The position numbers were made by a program, and so were the translations under genes. A stretch of 63,069 bases of DNA, the filler included, from Reticulomyxa filosa (lineage: Eukaryota > Protista > Foraminifera): NCBI GenBank assembly GCA_000512085.1. It is 21 parts of 21 records of this genome, joined end to end, with 100 filler letters (N's around TTAATTAATTAA, not from the genome) between each part and the next. Parts side by side here need not be neighbours in the genome. Positions count along the whole stretch, not along the records: positions 51,423 to 54,262 come from ASPP01028034.1; positions 54,363 to 60,450 come from ASPP01025868.1; positions 60,551 to 63,069 come from ASPP01011607.1; 18 more parts are not named here. The stretch is one strand, 5' to 3'. Of the stretch, positions 51,578 to 63,069 are shown piece by piece. Each line of letters opens with the position of its first letter. Position 1 is the first letter of the stretch. Under the pieces are notes generated by a model that was not told the origin of the DNA, made no database searches, and saw only the letters and a list, made by a program, of their open reading frames with translations.

Positions 51578-52724
51578 ATGTCAAAAGAAGAGGTCAGCTT
51601 TATTGAAGCATCAGAAGAAGATGACTCTGCCTCCGCTTCAGCAGAGCGTCATAATGACATTGAGTGCCAAAACGCGTTGCTGGACAAGGCATTGGAAGAA
51701 GCGTTTGGCAGCTATCTGGAAACAAAAAACAAGGAGGAAAGTGGGAACAAGAAGAACACAAAGGCGAGCACAGTGATTGAGGACAATGATGACATCAAAG
51801 AAATCCAAAACGAGGAAGAAGAAGGACAACAACAAAGAGAATAAATGGAAGCAGACATTGGCAAATTGATAGCAAAAAAGAGCAGTATAAAAATCCCTTG
51901 GAAGAAGGGAACACCAAAGATGATAAAGAAAGGAGAGACAATACCGCGATTGGAGAGCTTGAAAGCACAGCAGCAAAGCAAGATAAGCCAAGTAAAGCGA
52001 GTGCACGTGATGCTAAACAGCTGCAAAAGCTTTCGCATATGAAACATGCTATTATCATGGAGCGACCAAGATGTGCACAACGTGTTCAGCTGTTTCGGCG
52101 AGGTCAGCAGATACCAAATCACCGACAAGAAAGGTCGTGCGACTGCAAAAGAGGGCTCGCTATGTTAAAAAAAAAGACACCTTCTTTTTTTTTTTTACAC
52201 GACAACTCCAACAGCGACACACCGACCATGTTTCCGCTGATCTATCCATCTTGAATCACTTTGCCATCCTCACCTTCACATTATCAAAGTCTGTTCGAGC
52301 TGCGATGTATTTTGACTCGTCCACTTTTGTGTAGCCCTTTTATCAGGGGTCCATTTTATTAGACAGTTTGTTTTGTTTAAAAAAAAAAATGTTACGTATA
52401 CATATATGTATGTGTATATATAGCTGTGAACTTTTTTTTTTTAAAGAAATATTGTCCGAATATGAACACTCACGTCCAAAGAACTTGACCGAAATGGAAC
52501 AACAAACGAATAAATTCATGTTTGAGTTTGATCGGCTGACGGCGCTGCGACCCAAACAGTACAAAGAAAATACACTGCATCGCGTGCGTGGCTGGATTCA
52601 AACGAAAGGAGAAGACGGGTTCAAAATGATTCATTATCCGTTCACATTTTTGCGGAAGAAGTATCGCAGTGTCGATTTGCTTAACAGCAAAGAGCTGGTC
52701 GATACGAAAAAAGAGAAATTTTAA
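51578..52724 (+). CDS. RRP7-like rRNA processing protein (RRM + RRP7 region; frameshifted)
   Basis: WSDQDVHNVFSCFGEV and HFAILTF form an RRM. YEHSRP...EQQTNKFMFEFD...EDGFKMI matches the Rrp7 pattern. Confidence 0.5.
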
Positions 52725-53119
52725 ACCTACTTAATTCATTCGCTTGTATTAATTTTTTTGTTTGTTATTTTGGAATTGCTGTGTCATCGCAATCTTTCGA
52801 TGATGCAAACAAAAAAAATGGACATTTTAGAATCGTGGACTTTTATTCGCAAGTAATAATCTTATAATACAATTTTGTCATCTTTCATTATACTGCAATA
52901 CTTCTCATTACTTCGCACACATCTATTTGTACAACATATTCAAATGTAATATTGCATACAAATTGTCGGCAACAATTCATTTGTAATGCATTACATGCAC
53001 TTTTGCACAACACGATTTCACATAAGTGTAAGAATGTGATAAGTTAGCATGTGTAATAAATGTATGTATACACATGTACATTTAATCAATTTTTTTTGGA
53101 ATCAGTGTTAAATAAATTT

Positions 53120-54262
53120 GTCTAATACATGCTCCGCAGCGCCGATTTGTAAGAAGATAACCAGTTTGATATCCAAGTATTTGGCGTCATAGTGCGCACG
53201 TGTTGCACGATCGAAACTATATTTGTTCATCAACATTTAATTTGCCGTGTATATGAATATATAAATAAATATATATATTTGGATATACCCAAATTTGGAA
53301 AGCTTAAAGCTGACAAAATGTTTATATGAAAAGAAAAAAGCTGAGACTGACTCGTGGTTTGTCTTTAAGCAAAACACAATCGCCCACTTCGAAGAATACT
53401 TCTTCATTGTGATTGCCGTTCTCCAATCGTTTGACAATTGTCTCCCTTGTAACAAACAGGCCATGACCTTTTGTTGAATGCGTCCAATTTAATACTGAAC
53501 CTGTCGTCTTCCACAAAATGGAATTTTCCAATGTATTTGATTACACCTGTAAAAAGTCAACAGATTGTTTTTTTAAGCTGTCAAAAATCGGTATGCAATT
53601 CAACGTGTACGTATGTTTAAAAAAAAACATGTTTTGTATTGTTAGTTAATTCAACTATATTACTAACGACATAGTCACGAGCAATTGAGTAGTAAGGGTT
53701 ATTATAGTAATTCCTTTTATGATCTTGCACTTGCCAGATCATTGATGATTCATTCACGTCATTATTGTCTACAAGTGTGTCGTCGTCAGCGAGCCGACGA
53801 TTGTGAGTGGTAAAATAACCTTTTGTGATTTGGTCCAATGCAACTTTGTTTACAAGTTCATTTGAAAAGATATGCGAAGGAGCCGGTTCGTAGTGTCTCT
53901 TTGTCGCAATGCTGTCTTCATTCTGTTTGTCCAGCTGCGCAACATTCTCAGAATCTGTTATCATTGTCATTGGTTCTTTTGTCAGTTTCAAGATACCTCT
54001 CTCTTGGAGTATGCTGTGCTGCGGTCTTGACGCATACTCAGCCGTCGCTGTAGCGTTTCTGCCACTGATTGCAATTGTGGTGTCATTGTCTTTCTTTTCG
54101 AGGATACCTTTTTTCATTAACTCTGCCTTGGAAAATCTTGACTTCAAAAACAATTGCAAACTTTTTTCGATGTTTATCAAGTTTACTTCTTTTCACTGTT
54201 GAGGATTCTATGGGAGAGTCCTTTTTTTTAATTGTGTCTTTTTGATAAGAGACCAGAGCTTC
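53120..54262 (-). CDS. RPEL-repeat protein with degenerate CAP-Gly-like repeats (possibly a pseudogene)
   Basis: SLQLFLKSRFSKAELMKKGIL and SRPQHSILQERGIL are RPEL-like. GVIKYIGKFHF...IKLD, GHGLFV and FEVGDCVLL are CAP-Gly-like, with frameshifts. Confidence 0.5.
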
Positions 54263-54363
54263 NNNNNNNNNNNNNNNNNNNNNNNNNNNNNNNNNNNNNN
54301 NNNNNNTTAATTAATTAANNNNNNNNNNNNNNNNNNNNNNNNNNNNNNNNNNNNNNNNNNNNT

Positions 54364-55000
54364 TGATACTCCTCGAAGCAGGACATATCTATTCATTTCA
54401 GGATTGGTCACTGCTTCTTCACGCTTTTTCTTTGTTCAGCAGTGACATGTTATCGAAACAATAATTGACAAAAAAATAAGAAAATGGTGAATACACACAC
54501 GATTTTTACAATATTCAACTATTTATAAAAAAATTTTATATACTAATAAAAGATTTTCAAGTAGTAGAAAAAAGTTTATTCTTTTGCTAGCTTTTCTTGT
54601 TACTTCAAGATTCTTATCGAAAATTCTTGAACGTCTTGTCGCAAAATTTCGAATGTTAAAAGTTGTTTAAATGAATTTTTTTTGACAGTCCGCAATGCTT
54701 ACATACTTTGCTTCTTGTGCATTCACTAGCAATATTGCTTGAAATGCGATTTTAGTCTTGATTTCCCTTTGCCGAATGGTCCCACTTTCACCATTGAATA
54801 TCCAATCTGAATGTCATTGTCTTTCAATATCTTAACAGCATCTTCAGTCTTGGATAGCAGCACCTTAACAATTGGCATCTTATTAAATCTTTTAACTTTT
54901 GTATTTAGTATCCATAATCTTCCAATGTCTCCTTGATTTTGACTTCGCTTTCGCGAGCTGATACTCCTCGAAGCAGGACATATCTATTCACTTCACTTCA
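54364..55000 (-). mobile_element. Decayed LINE ORF1 (gag-like) fragment, partly duplicated
   Basis: YVLLRGVSARESEVKIKETLEDYGY*...KRFNKMPIVKV...IQIGYSMVKV...HFKQ and IASECTRSKVCKHCG (knuckle remnants). A 32-bp direct repeat lies at 54364-54395 and 54959-54990. Confidence 0.55.
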
Positions 55001-56297
55001 AAATTTTTTTTTGTTCAACGATAAGTGTCAAATCTTAGCTGCCTTACATGACAATCATTAGCGTGTTTGTACACATGAATTGTCGTCGAACTTACATTTT
55101 GTATCATATTTGATCTATATAATGCAACTTGAAATGCTGAAGATTCATATATTCCCAATGCCGCCATGCGTGCTAGTATTTATTTCACTAGTGACAGATA
55201 TTTTCGGAAGTACAGTTAACATATCTGACTGTTTACCATTAAATTAATTCTTGAACTGATTCCATATGGGGTATTTTGTCCAGCATTGCTTGCAGTATAG
55301 CCTATTATGGCAAAAACACCTTGCTTCGGCCGTTCGATCACTTTCACAAGCATTGTTATCAGCTAGTGTGCTTCTGTTTTGACCGATGTTCAGTAGAAGT
55401 TACACGACCTTCTGAGTCCTGCAAAACACCTGTCATTTGTTTAAGGCAATCAAGGTTCGACCTTCTCCTGCAAGCCTCTAGTTTCCAGTAAAAGGGTCAC
55501 TATCACAGTTAATGCCTTTCAGTTAAAAGGGCACCTGTTCTAAAAAATAGAACACAGTATGTATAATACATTAATGTCTAGAAGCAATTCTTGGACATTT
55601 GTCCACCAATTGCGACGTATTCATCGTATCGAAAGCATTCTATCAAGAAATGATCTACAGTTTCTTCCTCTTTACATCAAATACAATCAGGTAAATCTGA
55701 TCTTTGGATATTATATAAATAATCAATGCAATACAATTTTCTCAAATGATTTTGCATCCATCATGTTAGACATAAAATAACGTGGCATTGTCTGTTCTAT
55801 TGCTATATGAGAAGTGATTTAATCAATAATTATTCAGAAATGCCTCTGCTCATTTAAAATCTTGTATACCAATACAAAATTATGTACACTGAATAGACCT
55901 AACTATATGATATATTTGTGATATATCTTCAAATCTTCTTGTCTTCATCGAAATTCAGTTGTGAAATAGCATTAACTGTGTCAACATCATTTGTAAATAT
56001 CGATCAGCAAACATTCCACATTGAATGTGTTGATGAATCACCGTTGGTATATCATTACTGATAATATGAACAACGTTGAGAATAAAGCATATCATTATAT
56101 GCCTTTTTAAAATAAAAATAGTCAATAATGACCTTGAAAAGTATACAGTAGAAAAAAAAGCGCTATCTAAAATATCATTGCATGGAAATACCGATCTTCT
56201 CCATGAAAAACTATTTTCTTTTATTGTAACAAATTTCTCATTATAAAATAAGTGTGTACAACTTTGTGCAAAGAAAAAATTTTACTAGATACAAAAG

Positions 56298-59200
56298 ATG
56301 GAAGATGAAAAAAATGAGAAAGCAGATGTGGAAAAGAAAGAAATTGTGTTGATTTCGAAAGGATATGCTGTCATAGAAGCGTTTTTGAAGGTATTACTAC
56401 GTCTTAAATGAAAACACTTTCTTTTTTAAAGAAAACAGTAACAATGATCTATATTAAAATAGTGCAGTATAAAGGTCGAACTTGATCTAAATGATGAGAA
56501 ATGGGAAGACTTGAGATGCGAAACAGGTGATGAAATGGAATGCACATACACCATAGATGAAAATAATACAGTAATAGTAAAAGAAATGAAATTTCCAAAA
56601 TTATATTCTGGAAGAGTGCATGTATCAAGCAAGGAATCAATAGTGGAAGTTGTCCCTTCCTCCACTTATCCAAGTGGAAAGTGTGAAAGAGTACGTGTTG
56701 ATAAGAAACAAAAAAATTCAATATGTCATATGCTTTATAATTTTGGAGCCAGTTTTTATATGTTGGTTTAAGTAATACATTGATTACTATTTAATAATAG
56801 ATAGTATTATGGAAAGCAGAAGAGAGCTCAAAAAAGGAGATTAATCCAAGAGAAGGAGATATAATAAAATTTCGGTTGCGATTTGTAAATAATGAATGGC
56901 ATCCCAAAGATCTGAAAATAGCACCACACAATCCACCGTTTTGTTTTTTTTTTTTGTTGAAAAAAATGTATACAATTATATAATGTATCTATTTTTTAAT
57001 GTTGAATTGAATGTAGCCGACAAATGAAAATAATTCCACTTTCGGGCAGTGTGATGTGGAAACTAGAACAATGGAAGGAATGCATTGACAACTGCAGCAG
57101 TTTGTTTGTTTGTTTTTTTTAAATGAAAAGCAAAGACTTGTTTGTCTTCACATATTTGTGCAACAATTATTAGGAACACCCGGAGACAGTTGTGATTTAA
57201 GTGCCATCAAAGAAGTCGTGGAGAAGTGTTTGGAATGTAAATGTAAAATACCACAAGAGATTTTGGACAGATTGGCAGAGGAATCTCTCCAACAAAAACA
57301 TTCAACAGAAGTGCCACAATTACAGCACATTGTGCAAAAATTTCAAGAATTGACCGAAGACAAGGACACAAAATCTTTATTGAAAGAATGCACACAAATT
57401 GTTATTCATTGTGATCATCGATCTGACCAGCCTTTGGACAGTGATGAAAAATCAAACATTTTAGATACCACCACAAGACAAACACGACCTTTTCGAATCT
57501 ATGCTTTTGTGGCAGAAATGGATCAACCTACTATTTCTTTTTTAGAGGATAGAAAAAGTCAGTTGTTTTTTAAAAAAAGAATGTGAAAAAAATGTCACTC
57601 ATTTTTTTATTTTTATTTTAATGGATTTGTTCAATATACAACAATGTCAGAGCATCGCTTGGAAAGGATTGGTGACAATACCTTCTTTGGAGACTTTCAA
57701 GTAGAAAAGGATAGTGTATTTGATATTCAATTACACTGCAATAGTACACGTATGTATGATGTGATGGACGACTGTCATATTTATGTACCAAGAGAAAGAG
57801 TGCCAATTGCATTTGAAAACAACTTGTTAAATCACTTAGTGAACAACGTCACAGATGATTCATCCTTGGAGTTTGCACTTTACGCAATAACTGATATTAA
57901 CCAGGTGCTTCGGAAAGTGTTGCCGAGGTTGGTCAATTCTATTATTGAAACTATCACGAAAGAGTTGGAGAAATCAAAGATTGATTTAAAATCAGTTTTA
58001 ATCTTTTTTTTTTTAAAATTAAAATAACATATATTTAACTAAAGCGAATGAAGGGGTGATGGTGGTGGCGATGGGAAAAGGTCTTTCAATATATACTGGT
58101 ACGCACTCTTGCAGAATCGATTAGTCGAAATGTGACATTGCCAGCAAACCAATTATCACCTTGGCACTTATTTGTTGCTGTCCAATGTCTCTATCAAAAC
58201 AAAGGCAAACAAAAGAATGAGACTGTTTGCAAAGTGTTGAAAAGTGATTTGAGGGAACATTTCCATCGAAGACTGCCCAAATTACACTACTTATATCTCC
58301 TCCCATGTGTTAACTATTTGTTATTGTTCAGTGATGACAACACTGTAATAAGCGACTTTCGCAATCGACGTGAAGAAGGTGATGGTTCTGAATGGAAGTC
58401 TGAACACCTTGACAAAAGAATCCACTCCGTCTTGGAAACGGATTTCAGCCTTCGCATTTTGGGAAACAGTGCGATTGCACAACAACAGCAACACCACACG
58501 GAAGCCTATGTAATCGAATTATTACAACACCACTCAACAGAAAGCCATTTATGTCAATCTGTTTTGGACTTTCTATTTGAGCAAAGTGAAGAGATATGGA
58601 AGAATATTTGTCAATCGGATAATGGCGACAAATGTTGGCAAGTTATGTGCATCGCATTTCAAAATGATTTTTCGATGTGGAATAAATTTATTGAGCGACT
58701 TCAAATTGTTAATATTTTTGAAGATGACAAAGTTCGAGTCACTTTTTTCAAGAATTTCAATGTCAATGGCACATTTCAACAATTGGTGACAATCTCATCT
58801 GAGCAACTCTTGAATTTCTTTGATTTTATCCAAACGCAAAAAAATATGTAATATATCCTTTTTTTTTTTTGTCTTCATTGGATGAACATAGTCTAAAGTC
58901 AAAAAAATTACAAACAATAATAATAAAAAAAACCCAGTTGGAAAAGTGATGATGATTTGATGGAGACAATCGGACGATACATTGACAAAATATTTTATTG
59001 CAAAGAAATACTGTCATGTTTAATTGACATCCTTTGGAATGTTTTGTCAATTTTTATTTTATTTTATTTGAATGAGACAAACCATGTAAACTGTTTTTTG
59101 TTTTATTTAAAAAGAGGGTTTCATTAGAAGACGAAACGGTTAGTGAAACAGTTAGTGACAAGGTGATTGAATTAACCAAACGATTATTGGATAACCTTCG

Positions 59201-60450
59201 AACAAAACATAATAAGAAACAGTCAGAGTTGGAGCTATCTTTGCAAGTTTGGATTCAACTGTTCAATCACAAAATCAATCAAGGTGTCAATCAATGGACT
59301 AGGTTACTGACAGAGTCATTGAAAACATGGTTTAGTGCTGATTATTTCGATGGGTTAGCTCCCATCAATTGCTATCATCGCAAAGCGTTATGGTTGTTGA
59401 CAGACTCACGATTGAATCTTTTACCTGATTCATGTCGCAAAGCATTTGAAAAATGTTTGGAGTCCAATTCAGAACATTTTGAATTTAACAAAGAATGTTG
59501 GACTGACAAAAATCGTAACCAGCTAGGGCAATGTATTGGTAAATCACCTTGGGACTTGTCGGAATGGAATTCGTTTTTATCACTAATTTTCAAAGACTCG
59601 ATACAGCAGTTTACTTTTGTAATGATTAAGATAACACAATATAATCTTTGATGTTGTTGCCATTTGATAGAGAAATGCTTCCATCTGATGATCATATTGA
59701 TGAAAAAGAAGAAAAAATTTCCAATGAATCCATATCAATACAAATGGACATATTGATTACTCAATTGCGAAGGTGTATTTTATACATTGAATGGAAAGAT
59801 ATTATCATCAAACATCAAAATATAAAGATTCTCAAGGAAAAATGGGAGTATATACAAGTCACAATGAAAAGATTAATCAATGCAATAAAAGAAAACAAAA
59901 CTAACTTTACACTTTGTGAACTCCTCAAGTCAAAGAAAAATGAGACATATATCAAAGAAGTAGCTGGAGATTCATTTGATCAACAAGCATGGTCAGCAAC
60001 AATCGAAAAGTTTGACAAATTCAAAAAATGTGATATTATTCTCCGACAGCTTTTATCTCTAAACTATTTAGAAAAAGTTCCGAGTGATTTGAAGTTACTA
60101 CATGAATTTCTAAAAGATCCAAGGAATTGTTATATTTCCAACGCCGAACTACAATTTGAAAATGAAATGAAATTGTTGGAGTGCTTCCAAGATGAGCTTC
60201 GGACAATGATTAATCGAGAACAAAATCAAGCATTTCGCATTAAATGGAATAATTGCAAGGCAAAATTCCAGAATTTGGAACGTTTAAAAATGAAAGTTCA
60301 ATCCAATCAATCGGAACTAATACCAGATTTAGAAAAGCAATTGTCTCATTTTGTTGAAAAGACAGACAAAAAAACAACCCGAAGGATAATGACAGCATGG
60401 AGACATGTGGCAAAAAGAAAAAACAAAGTTGAAACGCAGCCATCAAAATT
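56298..60450 (+). CDS. Large multi-exon hypothetical protein, 3' truncated
   Basis: A series of same-strand ORFs separated by short GT-AG introns, largely helical in composition. No family securely recognised. Confidence 0.6.
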
Positions 60451-60556
60451 NNNNNNNNNNNNNNNNNNNNNNNNNNNNNNNNNNNNNNNNNNNNTTAATT
60501 AATTAANNNNNNNNNNNNNNNNNNNNNNNNNNNNNNNNNNNNNNNNNNNNGGGTTT

Positions 60557-62107
60557 TTAAAAAACCCGGAAATTCAAACCCTTTCGGTTCCAACAAATCT
60601 CAGTCAACGCAAGTGCCGACGAAAACAGCTTTTGCGCTTCTTTGAATTGTTTTGCCTTTTGACATATACAGCCTGCGAAGATGTACGAGTCCACACATTT
60701 GTCCCACATCACCCCTGCATCAAATCTGTCCAGCAGTGGATTTTTTGTTGCCATTTCCATTTCACGTCCATTGAATGTGCACAAAAACCGATGGATCATG
60801 CGCACATACCCCAATGCGACGAAGCAAAACTGGTACGATTTTTGTAGACTTGGCAAGTGGTAGTATTTTTGTGCTGTGGCGCAAGCATTCGGCAAAAAAA
60901 AAAAAAACGTGAACACATAAATAAATAAATAAATAAATAAAAATAAAAATATATATGCATATATGTATATATATATATTTATATATATTTAAATTGTAAA
61001 TAAAAAGAAAAGAAACCAATAAAATAAGCGGCATAAAACAATTGAACATAATCACGACACCCAATGGCTTGAATATCAAACATGTCCAATGCCCGAATGT
61101 ATTGTTCGGTTTCGCTAGTCACGTCCATCAGTTGCCTCCAATGTTTTCCGCTCTCTTCGTTGTCTGCTTTTGTGTGATTTAAATGTTTGAACGCCTCATT
61201 GTTTCGCGGCGATAGAAACTCCAGTATTTTTTTATTGTTTAAATACAGAGTTTGTAAATATTCCATCTGTTTTTTTTTTTTTTTTTTTATTGTTGTTGTT
61301 ATTTCCATTGTTATTGATCAATAAACAAATCAATATACATATACATATATATGTATAATGTATATATAAACCAATGTTAACTGTTCCCTCCATTGAACTT
61401 GAAACAAAGGAACCTGATTGGATGTTGATATCGGAATCGATTTTATTGGATTTGAATGAGTTTGAATTACCATCTTTTTTTTTTTGAAAAATGGCCCGAA
61501 GTATTTCTTGTTCGTGTTCTTCCTGTCTTTGCCCTTGTTGATGTGATTGCTTCTTTTCTTTGTCATGGAGAGAGTGTGGAAACAACCAAGAAGAACCGGC
61601 TCTTATTTCTTCTTCTTTTTCGTCTCTCTTGTTCATATATGGGTTATGACAACGCGACATCATTTTATTGGAATCATTCAACATAACCATCGATGCTCTT
61701 CTTGTATTTTCATTTCCATCGCTTTCCTCTGTTACATTCATGTTCATGTTCATGTTCATGTTTATGTTCATATTCATATCCATATTCATGTTCATATTGG
61801 TGTTCGACGACTTTGGCTTCATTCGCGACGACAGAGATGGAATGGGATGTGTGTCGACCAATTCGCGATTATTGCAAAGCAGATTGGACAAATAATGTTT
61901 CCAATGAGTCGGCAGCGAATGGGCCCCCTCTGTGCACATTTGTTTTGGATTGGAGGATGTGTCCAGCAGTCCTCGTGGTTGGACAGCAGAGTCACTGCAG
62001 GTGGAAAATGCAGAGGGATACATTTGTCCGCAGTTGCTGTTATTATCATTGTCATTATTATTGTTATTGTTATTGTTATTAATATTCTTATCTTTGTTAT
62101 CAATATT

Positions 62108-62148
<41 letters not shown>

Positions 62149-62940
62149 CAATATTGTCATTGTCATTAATATTGTAATTGTTATTTCTATTCTCATTGTT
62201 GTTGTTGTTGTTGTTGGATTGATGGTGATGATTGGATTCCTCCATATCACTTCCCAACCATTTAGGCTTGGCGCTGGTACGTGCCAAAGCGCTTTGCATG
62301 TCATTCTCCAAGTTCAGAGTGTTCTTTGTGGATGTCCAATTGTCCAACCACATGCGATTGAAATTGGCAGGAACACTCCAAAAGTCGTCCGGCAGTCCCA
62401 CGTTGGCCATTCTAACTTGGTCTGTCCATGCCCCGTCCCGTTCCACAGGAGATGCACCGTCACTCCATTGCATCGGTCTGCTATCGTCTTTCGTCTTGTC
62501 CTTACTCTTGTCTTTATTACGGCCGCGTCCATTCAACACATGGCTTGTGTGTTCATGTTTCTCTTGGTCATTCGATCCGTTTTTATTCTCTTGTCGTAGC
62601 GTCATTATATCTTTCAGTTCGTGATACTTTTTATTTTTTTTAATTTTGGATGAAGATAGGAAGAGATGAAATCAAGTGAGTGAATAAATTAGATATACAA
62701 ATATATAGATATATGTATGTATGTATGTATGTATGTATATCGTATATCCTTTCAACACAAAGCAAATGAAACTGATTTCCCCAAGACATCTCTCGCCCAG
62801 AATGTCAAAACGTCTTTGGCCTTTGGAAAGCCAATTTTGAAGTGTTTCATTATTGCGCGAATTGATGGCAATTGTTGGCAATTTTCCGAGTAAATCTTAT
62901 TCAATTCTTTGAAGTAAATACTCCAATCTTCCAACTGCGG
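60557..62940 (-). CDS. Multi-exon hypothetical protein with Asn-rich low-complexity and TPR-like helical parts
   Basis: Long ORF 61232-62605 with poly-N and (NM)n tracts. Downstream exons include AGCICQKAKQFKEAQKLFSSAL. Confidence 0.5.
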
Positions 62941-63069
62941 AGGGATTCGCTTTTCATTTTTTATTTATTTTTTTTATTTTTATTTTTATTTTTTATGATA
63001 CGATATATATTATGTCAATGTTTGATGTGTATATATTTATATGTAATATGTGTGTGTGTGTGTATGTAG

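Noticed and set aside
56298-60450. Assignment as an RNF213-like giant protein
   Set aside because: The resemblance is only vague. No AAA+ or RING motifs are visible in the fragment.
1256-60550. Recurring TTAATTAATTAA as a biological repeat or CRISPR-like array
   Set aside because: It is always flanked by exactly 44 N on each side. It is a six-frame-stop linker added during concatenation.

Overview
The window is not one continuous locus. It is 21 short contigs joined by an artificial 100-bp linker (44 N + TTAATTAATTAA + 44 N). Twenty contigs are AT-rich eukaryotic DNA with short GT-AG introns and expanded WD40/Kelch/TRAF-zinc-finger families; by inference this looks like a foraminiferan (Reticulomyxa-like) draft genome. 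One contig (10047-11653) is GC-rich betaproteobacterial DNA carrying frr-uppS-cdsA. Recognisable eukaryotic genes include U2A' (SNRPA1), a VPS13B-like gene, a biotin carboxylase alpha subunit, SERINC, a HECT ligase, a multicopper oxidase, an RRP7-like gene, an RGS protein, a 7TM protein, a kinase fragment, several WD40/Kelch genes or pseudogenes, MITE-like repeats and decayed LINE fragments. The standout is a three-exon gene at 29997-30881 that the ORF track misses. It encodes a G-protein gamma-like subunit (65 aa) fused to a 168-aa intein-like Hint domain (CFVGGT...TDSHP...FANHIFVHN), followed directly by K-CVIL (a CaaX box). Removing the Hint domain would give a canonical-size 70-aa prenylatable G-gamma, which suggests an autoprocessing switch on G-protein lipidation. 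All calls come from reading and translating the sequence by hand; no database searches were run.
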